The position numbers were made by a program, and so were the translations under genes. A DNA stretch of 64,000 bases from Lingula anatina (Eukaryota; Animalia; Brachiopoda), in contig CM120645.1 of the NCBI GenBank assembly GCA_051362555.1, forward strand, positions 14,136,001 through 14,200,000, given 5' to 3'. A model generated the notes under the pieces. That model had not been told where the DNA came from. It searched no databases and was given only the letters and a program-made list of their open reading frames with translations. Below, in pieces: positions 1 to 10,900 of this stretch. How positions within the stretch are numbered: position 1 is the stretch's first letter; each line of letters begins with the position of its first letter.

Positions 1-373
1 ATATATAACGATCTGGTGCAGATTTATCAAGTAATTACAACGGTAAACCCACAAATGATATGCTTCTTTCTTCTAATATGCATTCACCAAAACTAACTAT
101 AACGAACTGTGTTTTTGCGCACAATTGCCATTTGCCAATACAAAATGAGTTTAAGATCATTTTAATGACTTTTTAAAAATTTTTGACTGCGTATATTTGT
201 ACATTCCTATAAATTGAGAGAGAGAGATTACCTCGATGTCCCTTATTCAATGTTGATTCTTGCTCAATGAGTGAAATGTACAGTTTCGATAGTATTTCAC
301 AAAAATAAAATAAATCAAAAGATTACAAAATAGTAAAAAGTTAACACACTAAATGGCGTTGTTGCCTGCCTAC

Positions 374-2626
374 CTAGCGCCAAAGCAGTGAAAACGTCCC
401 GGCCAGTTCTAACACCGCTGTCTAGATACACTTCACAGCGCCCTCTCACGGCTTGAATCACCTCTGGCAGAACCTCCAGAGTCGCTGGAACACCATCCAG
501 CACCCTTAAAATGGAATACCAATATTTCAGTTTAAGACAATGTTCTCACAACACTCAAAACTAAGGCCAAGTTCTACACTAAACCAAGACAGACAGACAA
601 AAACAGACAAACAGAGAGAAACGAAGCGTTACACATGGCCTCAAGCAATCGGCACGTTTGCTCACCTCCCACCGTGATTAGACACGATAATAGCGCTGGC
701 CCCTCTTTCCACGGCATTTGATGCATCTTCGCCATTCAGCACTCCTTTTATCACAATCGGCAACTTTGTAATACTTTTCAACCACGTGATGTCGTCCCAC
801 GTGGCGGCACTTCTGCTCTTGTAGGAATCAGTGGGTGCATTTGGTCTTTGCCAGCCAGTCTTATTTAGAAGCCCGCGCATTATGGCGTACGTGATTGGCG
901 GGCCTTGGCGGTCTATAGTTACCACAATGGCACGCGCACCTATAACACCAAAGATGCCAATTATTCATGATTGATATTTAACAAAAAAAAATTGATGTTT
1001 AAATGCCTCTTTTGAGAGAACAAAACTTCGTCTCAATATCAGTAATCTTAAACCATTTTGTAACACTAGTACTGCTCTTGCAACAGCATTTGGTGTCAGC
1101 ACAACCACTTGAAAGCTTGCCACGTAATCCCTTAATGAACACTGGATTCGGACTCGGTTTGGGAAAATTTCAAGTGGGTCGACCATATTTGATCCACAGA
1201 CTAGTTAGTCTGTCCTACTTCATGTGGAATATATATACAATATATAGTTTATAACAATGATTTGCGTCTTAGAAATACACTAGTTGACATTTCAGTTACC
1301 TTACCAGCATTCTCAGCACGTTTCACCCACTGTGAAGTAAGGTTCAATGGTCTTAAGATGTAAATTTGTTGCCAAAGTTCCACGTTAGTCTCATTGACGA
1401 CGTTTTCTAAGGCGGTTGACGAACTAGCGGCTAATATCATTTGACGATTCATGTTTTTCGCAGCCAAGGCTGTGGCGATCTCCCCCATGGGATGAAATAA
1501 ATTCTGGTAGGACATCGGGCAAATACCTTATGAAGACAAAAACAGTTTCAACGTAAATGATAGTGACAAGCAAATGATGTTTACATTATTATACGTATAG
1601 GATGGAATTCTCTGTAAAAAAAAAATAAGGAAAATAATTCCACATTCAATATATACCCGACCCGAGTGACTTACTGCCCCAATGCCCCTTGTTTATTATA
1701 ATGGCGTTATATAGTGATGGACTTTGGTAAGCAGTTCATGTTTTATTGGATTGAATTATATGAAAATGACACTGGGCAATGAGTGCAGGGGGGGGGGGAG
1801 GGGATATAAACTATACAGAGTATCTATCTACGTTCTATTTTCTCTGGATCGAATCCTGCACACCAACCCCGGCAATCTTACATAATGTATGAAAGGCCAC
1901 TGAAAGGCGTTAACAAGTTACTGTTTGATACTATATAGTCACTGACTGCGTTGTCATAGTACCGATAGGAGATGCCACTGGACGCCCAAGAAGCGTCGTA
2001 GAAGTATCGATGGTGCTGACATCTCTCGCCAAATAGCGGGGCCTTAATCTGTAGCGTTTGAAAGCCTCCATATTTTCCCTGTATGTGGTTAACTCTGTGC
2101 CTCCGATCTGTATATATTCTCGGGTTTCGTTGGATAGATTACTCTCTGCGTACTTTCTGAAGTCATCGATGTTGACAAGTGGAATGTCTTGCAATCCAAA
2201 TGCCTGGGTAACAAATGTAATGCATTCAGACACAGATTACATCTACTTAGTCACAGTGAAGGACTCCAAGAACCTCTTACTTTTTTCGATGAGAATTTGT
2301 GAACAATTTTTTTTCTTTTGTTATTTCTACTGTCATTATTATTATTATTTGTACCTTGTTTTGTTCATCTCTTGTCCACCATTCCCCTATTCACGTATCA
2401 CAGATTTATGAAAAGCGTGAGCGGGAGTACAAAAGTCGGTGTTTGGTAGATCCCCCCCCCCCCAACCCACCCACCCACCTTAGTGTGTACATTAAGCAAA
2501 ATCAAGCAATGTTATATTAACAAAAGACATGAAGAGAATCTCAGGAAATTGTATAATTTTGTTGACACCTACCTTACTGCTAAATCCCAAAGCAATCAGC
2601 GATAATATCAAAAAGAAACGCGCCAT
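374..2626 (-). CDS. FMN-dependent alpha-hydroxyacid oxidase (HAO/glycolate oxidase family) with N-terminal signal peptide; 3'-partial, continues past the left edge
   Basis: Phase-consistent GT-AG exons 2626-2573, 2203-1963, 1526-1305, 939-666 and 504-374 (307 codons). Family motifs: [79 protein letters not shown]1 versus HAO2 cannot be assigned. Confidence 0.92.
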
Positions 2627-5600
2627 TATTGCAGCTCCGTCACTCTCGTTGGAAATTTTAGCGATAAACACATCAGTGACCTAAAATTTAAATTCTGTCC
2701 TCCCTCAATCCGTTCAATGACCTACATAGATAATACTGGTGCTATTCTGATTGTCGAAGAATGTTAATTTAGAACAGGTTTCCCAAAGTTCTCGTTTCCG
2801 TTTCTTCTCTAGTTTTCCACGCTCTGGCATTTAAAAGGAACTAAAACTGTAGTACGGACCAGAGTGCTTGAAAATGATTGTTGGGACATGCTTGGCTTTC
2901 ACTTAGATTTGTTTAATAGCATTCAAAACCTCAAATAGTGCTTTACGCTATGACGACGATATTAGTCAACCATAGGACATTTACCATACCATGCGCATGC
3001 ATAGTAGTTATCACTCAATGAAGAACCTTAAAACAAACAGCCTCGGTTTTCATAGATTTATTACTAATGGGTCTTCCGATAAATATCGACAATGATTGTA
3101 TAATTTTACAAATTTTGTCAATTCTTATGTTTTTCATAAGTACATCTTTAAATGCAGGCTTATATCATAAACAAAGATGCCTTAGTATAGAAATAGAAAT
3201 CCTTAAATACATCAGTCAACACATATGCTGTGAATTGGTCCCAAAAAGTAGGTAAAAAAGAGGTTCAACCGTTTTGACCTCAAATATGAAAAGCTTGGAA
3301 GACCCCTGGGCCATCATATTTGCACAGCCATAAAAACATAAATTGCTGTTTACCTAAAGCAATGCTCAACCTTTACATACATGCAAAAGCTGAAGTTTAG
3401 GGAGTATAATGGTTCTGAAGACTGGAAATCTAATATAAATATACAATGTTTGACTGTTATATAGCCATTCCACAGTCAACAAGTTGTACATTCATATTTA
3501 AGCTACAAGCATGGGTTAAAATTGTCATATAATGCAAAGACATAACTAGCCAAGTACATTAATTATTGCCAAAATGCCAGGTAAAACACATATAATACTA
3601 TGTATATCAAATAGTTTCATTACGTGGCGGGAATATTCACAAGAGCAGAAACGTGGAAGTACGTGAGCAAACTAGTATCACTTTCAAACATCAAAACATG
3701 TTGTAGTTCAGTGAAAAAATACACAAATATTGGCACAAATAGGATTTGCAGATCTCATATACAGTACAACACAAAATATACACATATTGCATATTATTAC
3801 ACTCTCCACTTGGCAGTCTCAGTCTCATTCCATAAACAGTTGCTAGCCTTTATTTACAACCACATTGCATGTTAAAAACTAATATATACAGGTATTGCTA
3901 TCGAACTTTAAGGCACAGGCGAACCCAAATGTTGTCTATATTTTAAAAAACATTTCTGTTCTACACATTGATATCTCTTAGCCCTAAAATATATATATGT
4001 TGAATTCTAATACAAAAAGACAATTAAAATAAACATCACATGTACAATTTGTAAGCATTAGCAATACACCAAGGATATATCAAATTGTGGTGCACAATAT
4101 ATCTATTGTGCCCTCTTACTATTAGAAAAAAACTAGAGCAATTAAAAAAATGGCATCGAGCATTGTCCCAGATATAAACAATATGACACCTGCAAGACAA
4201 ATATGTAAGTTAAGAAGAGTAAAAAAAAGAGATTCTAATGATGTTTCTGGCTGATAAGTTCTGTTTTAAAAAAATATGCAATAAAACCTAGCCAATTTTG
4301 TTTTAGTTTGATTTTTACATAAGCTCTGTAAGCTGTAGCTATGTTATGTGTGCATTCTATTGCATCACATAGTTATATTAAATATATTACTCAACAAAAG
4401 AACTAAAGCAAACCATTGCTTCTTCTAACTTAAAATCACATAGTAATGTTTTTCAATATTCGCTTATTTCGTCTTGGCTGCCTGCCCTTTTATGGCTTGC
4501 AGCAGTATCCATGTATATTCAAAGAACATTTAAATCAAATAACCTAAGAAAACTATGAAATAAGAACAAAACAAGGTGATTTTGCAACTTATAAAAAACA
4601 GCAAATGCAATTTTTAATTTGACTAAAAATTTAAAAGATTATGTACAGATGGCAATGCAGATTACGGAGTCATGACAGAGCCATTTTGGAATTGGCTGCC
4701 ATATTGGAGTCCGCTTTTATGTCTGTAAATATGGCACACATAACTTTTAAGTGCGCCATTGTGTGCATGTGTACATTCTTAAAATAATTCTATAAAAATA
4801 CAGTCTACCATCTTTAAAAGGCATAAAATATATTACAAAAGGAACTGACATTTCAAAATATTGAAATGTGCAATGTAAGCCCTTAGTCATATTGTTAAAA
4901 TGCACAGCATGGCACCAAATTGTTGATGCAGAATCCATACGTATTTTACCATTGTCAAATACTGCCAAAAATTACAATCAGATACACAGAAATAATAATG
5001 ATATTAAAATCCTTTGAAATTCATGCTTTTGACAATGTAACACTTCATGGCAACATGTTTTTTTTTCCAATATCACATTAAAAATGGAATACTTTCCATT
5101 GGAAACCACCACTCTTTGCGCGGCTGCAATTTGCCTATACTTAATTCTGCTATCTACATTTTGCATAACTTTTTACTGCAAGTTCAAGCTTATAATCTCT
5201 ACAGCATATTTTCATAAGATCTCTATATCTATAAAGCCTTCTTTAGGAATTTTAACAGTTATTTTATTCTTTTCCCTCATAACTCTATTTCTTTGTTCAT
5301 TTTTTATCCAAAGCAATTTAAAGAAACAGAAGCAGGAGAATAACATTTTACCTTGACACTGAGTCTATCTACTTTAGGTGGTTAGAATTTAGGTTGTAAA
5401 AATTTTTATGAAGCATTTGGGATGTAATAGAGATAAAATATACTGTGGAACAGCACAATTTCATCTAATGCAGTGTTCAAAACAGTGCAACTTACGCATT
5501 AAGAAATAAGCTTGTACTCAAACAGGAAAAGCATCCCCCCAATATTTGGAGTCACGTATCTGACATATCAAAATAAGTACACAAAACTAAAAGGTCAGTA

Positions 5601-5979
5601 ATCTGCTGTTGTCGAATCCCTTGCCAATGCAAATCTCCGGCAATGCCTTCATGGTTTCTTTCACAGTCACATCTCTAGTGTTGACGCATAACATCTTCAA
5701 TAAACAGTTTGGCAATGTCAAAATAGACTGGTGCAAAAATACATACTGGATACCTTTAACCAAGGCTTCAGATTTGAGGACATACTGCCTCCAAAGTCAT
5801 TAAAGTTTTCTTTAAACACTGATCATTTTAAGAATCTGAGGCTTTGGTGAAGCTAGCATTTGGCCCAGTTGCATATATGTAATATATACTCCTGATCTGA
5901 AATTCATTCTAGACAATGATGTTGCATAATTTTTTAGACTGGGATCTGATTTTTTTCTTCTTCTTCTTTTTCATTTTGA

Positions 5980-7895
5980 TCATACCACGGTCATCCTGGA
6001 ACCGGACGACTCATTTGGCATCAAATATCCTTGATCGTGAGGGACGTTGACATATATGTCATCTAAGTTGACACGATTTTGGCCTTGCTCTAAAGTAGTT
6101 ATTACGCTGCTGACTGCTTCAACAAGCTCCTGGAAAGTGGGCCGATCCTTAGGGACAGCTGCCCAGCAGTGGTGCATTACCCTGTACCTGATAAATAGGA
6201 AATAAAAATCAAGAAATTAGAACTACTCTAGAATAAAAATCTTAATTCTTTCTAATTAACAGGGCTCTTGGCTTGGCTTCAACCAAGAAAGTTTTATTGA
6301 GAAAAAGTTTTAAGAGAGAGAGGATGAAGGGGGGGGGGGGGTACTCACAGCATATCTGGACAGTACTCTGGCTGCAGTAATCTTCTGTTAGATTTAAGAT
6401 ATCTGAGGATATCCCAGTTGTCCACATCAGGGTATGGAGTGACCCCCCTGGTCATCAGTTCCCACAGTACAACACCGTATGACCACTGAAAAGAGAGGGG
6501 GAAAAATGCAATCATTTTCTTCGATGATATATTTCTCTATGTCGCCTTATCTCTTTATATTCTATAATAATTCAAAAACATATGTTCATCTGTTCATGTT
6601 GTATAATAACTCATAAACATACTCTTGATTTTAACCTCCATTTCACCACACTATTTTTGTTAGCATCTACAAAATAGGCCAGGCTATGCACCACTGCATG
6701 TGTTTGTATGCCTGTGTGAAAACATTAATGCATGTATCTTTTACCAATTAAGGCAATATTAAAACTTCCCCAAACATTTAAACTGTGTCTTTCAAATAAT
6801 TCATAATCTGGCTTATTTTGCGTCTTCCTCACTGAAAGATTATAAGATTATAGCCCATACAAGAACAAAATAAATAAATAAATGTAATTTGTAGACTAGA
6901 ATACTTACCACATCTGTTTTGGAGTTGTATATATTTTTCTCCATGCTCTCTGGTGCCATCCATTTCACTGGGAGTTTTGCTTTTTTATCCTCACTACTGT
7001 AGTAATCGTGCTCGTAGATATCTCTTGAGAGCCCAAAGTCTGCAACTTTGACGTGCATCCCATCATCCAACCTAAACATCATAAACATTATTGTTTATAA
7101 TGGTAAGAAAATAAACCAAGTCCCCATGCCTGTAACATGACAAGGACCTGCTTCTATCTTCTAATACTCTCTAACTTTTGGGGCTCACATCAATGATTCA
7201 GTTGTGATTGATGTGGGTAGAAAATATGTTATGTCTCTTTTTTATAAAATTAAAAAAAGACCCTGTCTTTTTTATTGTTGCAAAGTTAGGGATTGGGGTC
7301 CAGGGGAGAAAAGATGCCATGTCTCTTTTTTTTACAAAATTAAGAAACAATTTCCTTTTTTTGCAAATTTAGGAGTTAGGGAGAAAAGATTTTATGTCTC
7401 CTTTTTATAAAATTAAAAAACAATTTCCCTTTTTTTTTTTTTTTTTTTTTGCAAATTTAAGAGTTAGGGAGAAAATATGTTATGTCTTTTTTTATAAAAT
7501 TATTTCCTTCTCTTTTTTTGTCCAAATTTAGGACTTGGGGAGGGTGGGGGGTGGCAACCTACATGCAGTTCCTAGCTGCCAGGTCTCTGTGGACAAACTT
7601 CAGTTCTGCCAGGTAAGCCATCCCCCTGGCTATCTGTATGGCAAACAGGATCAGGTCACGGACTGTGGGCATCTGGAAAGAGAAAAAAAACATCACAATG
7701 TTATATCCTCTGTGATAGGTGGGTCAAAATGTTAGCTGCTTTGTGATTGGCTATCAATAATGTTATCTGCTTTGGAACATAGAACAGGCATGCTTACTGG
7801 CCATTGGTGAGGGGAAAGGCACAAACAACAACAGACACACATGAATTCACAGACACACACATCCACACATTTTCTCTCTCTCTTTTTCTCTCTTT

Positions 7896-7936
<41 letters not shown>

Positions 7937-10900
7937 TTATCCTTTAGATAGCAATACATCAAAAAGCACAGTTCTCACATTCAAACAAACATCATTTGTA
8001 ATAATATCAACAGAGACACTATTTCAAACTTGTCCTTCCTGGCTTTCCACTTACATGGCCCTCGTTCCTAATGTAAGACAACAGGTCTCCATGTTTCATG
8101 AAAGGCAGCACTACCAAAGGGGTGTTGTCAGTGTCCATACATATCCCCACCAGCTGCAGTATGTTACAGTGGTTGAAGTCCTTCATGATCAGCGCTTCCT
8201 TCAAGAACTTCTTCCGATCATCTTCAGAGTTTTCATAATCTTAATGAATAAAGGGAATTAAATGGGTAAAAGTCTGAATGCTGCCTGGATTGATTTAAAA
8301 GAAATGTATTTGAGATATATTTGGATTGTATTTTTTTTTATCACATTACTTCAAATTGAGCTCAACAAGATATTTATTTAGCTCACAAACAACTTAACTA
8401 ATGGTACAGACTAAAATCTTTTTCCCTTTTTTACAATATATCAAGTTAAATTAAACATATCATAACTACCACCTAACAAAAAAAAAACAACACATATGAA
8501 TTCATACTCATAACAAACACCATAAACAGTTCAAAATTAACTCACTAATTTTAAATTCTTTGTGCAATGTTTTCACTGCCATTAGCATTTCTTCCTTCTG
8601 TCCTTTGACCGTCAGATAGCCCTTGAACACTGTTCCAAAGTGACCTAAAGTAAAATAATAATGCAGATGACTTACTTTGTACAAAAAGAAAGAAGTATCA
8701 GAAATAATGGGTTAAACTGTGGTGTAAAAGTTACTGTTGCATGTGCTTGTACAATCTAACACACGCAGCACACACAAATGCACATGTACACACACAAGTG
8801 ACCTTACTGTTAATATGTAAATTGAAAGCAATGAATATTGGCTAAAATACTTTTTACTAAATATTTGCTAGATATGCTTCAAACTCATTTCTTTAACAAA
8901 TGTAATATCAACATGCACAATTCACTGACAGCTAGATCAGTTCAGTTCACAAACTGATAATTGAAACAACCAAAAAAAGTTTTTACAAGAGTCTAAATTC
9001 CATGGCACATTCCTACAACTAGATCATACCTTGTCCAATTTTTTCTCCTAATATCAAATTATCCCTCTCAATGAGAAGATGAGAGTCCTGGATGAGAAGT
9101 AACGTTTCACCGTCCACCCCATACTCATCTGAACCTCGACCACCTCGCCGACGTGACGTGATGACCCCTCGCCTTCTTGCTCCTTGTAATGGGCTGTATT
9201 CTGAAATGTGGTAATATTTATTGTTATTATTCGGTTAAAAAAAACAAAAATATATAAATATATAATTATGAGTAACTTAATATGACAAACACAAAAACTG
9301 ATCATGGCTTTACTGGAAATCCTATTTCTGGGTAAACACCTTAAAGATATTTTAACAATTCACTTGAAACAATTCTCACAAAAGACTCTTCAAAGATATG
9401 ATCATTATTCATAAATGATTGGTGGTCCAAAACAACTGACCATTGTCATTACTGCCCTGCCTGTGGACTCTCAAATGTCCATTATCACCATTCCTGTGCG
9501 GGTTGGCAGTATAGCGCACCAGGGGCTCGGGGGTCGGTTTCGGCTTGAAGGGCCCCTTTTTAGCTCTCTTTAGGTAGAACAGGACAGATGCCAGAATGAT
9601 GACCACAAAGGCACACCCGGCTCCGGCCCCAATGCCCACCACCATGATGGAGCTGGACACTTGCATGTATCGCAGAGAACCGATGTTGAACTTTAAGTTG
9701 CCCACTGTCACCTGTTGAAAATACACAGTTCAGAAATAATGACCAAACTTGCTTAAATGCTACCATATCTTGTACTAGTAATTTTTTTTTTAAAGTGCAC
9801 ATTAAAACTATGTTGGTGTTTGATTCCTTTTCTCTGAAAATACTGAACATGTAATAAAATAACCAATTCCCTGTCCACACATGTAAGGGTTTCTAACACT
9901 TTTTCAACTTGGCACTTATTTTAGTCTTCAACAGTAAAACAGGGATCATCTCCACTAGGTCAACACACAACACCAGGTTGGAAAGCATGGGTCCTTTTTT
10001 TTTCCACAAAACATACCAGGGCTCCCTAAAAATTGCCGTGACCTTACTATTAACAAAATACGTACCTTGACTGGATAAAGAGGTTCATTGGGGCCAACCT
10101 GTGCTGGCTTATTGCCTGGTTTACATAACAAGTAGCTGGACTCAAGGGCGGTCACGGTGCATGGCGCTGATCCAATAGTCACACTTACGTCACCAATGTT
10201 GTGGACCAGATGAAGATACTTGCCCTGATGTGAAAAAAGAGATTCTGGATTAATTGCCCCTTTCCACACTAATGAATACAACTGTTACAGACTTGACAAG
10301 TTTTATAAAGCTAGAAATGCATTTACACACTGGTAACCGAAAAACACCCCTTGAAAACAAGTACATTAGTTCTTCATAGCTCAAAATGACAAACACGCTT
10401 ATGATTAACATAACTCCTATCATAATACGCAATTTAGATTTTTACAAGGCTTAAAATGCATTAACACAATGGCAAATGTAAGAAAAAAATTGATACATCT
10501 AACATGGTGATTTACAAGATTACCACTTACATTTATCTTAATCTGCTCATCATCAATGTAAAATGGATTGGGGCTGTCCTTGAATGCAGTGTAGACTGGA
10601 TCAGGGTATATCTGCAGAGGGCTCAGTTTCGGATGAGTCTGGGAGAAATTCCGCAATTTACTCACTCCATCCATTAGAAACCAAATATCGGCCGTAGTAG
10701 GTCTGGCTGGTGTTGGTGCGATTGCGATGAGATGGGTGACATTTGGGGTCACACATTTCATACTGAGGCCATCGTTTGCAGCTACACATGCCTGCAAGTA
10801 AACGCCCAAGTGAATGTTGTATTGCTTTTCTTGTCATTGTTGAACCATTTCTTCAAACTTTCAATTTAAAAATTTCAAAGTTTTAATTCATGTTAAAATA

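Noticed and set aside
1-373. Further HAO exon (donor-like GAG|GTAATC near 232 on the minus strand)
   Set aside because: No GA.AV..GRP-type continuation in this region; the next exon must lie outside the window.
3057-5979. Short ORFs between HAO and MET (e.g. 3624-3875, 5084-5356)
   Set aside because: AT-rich, with no motifs or splice-consistent structure; more likely a long MET 3' UTR or intergenic DNA. A minus-strand AATAAA at 3057-3062 is too weak to call.
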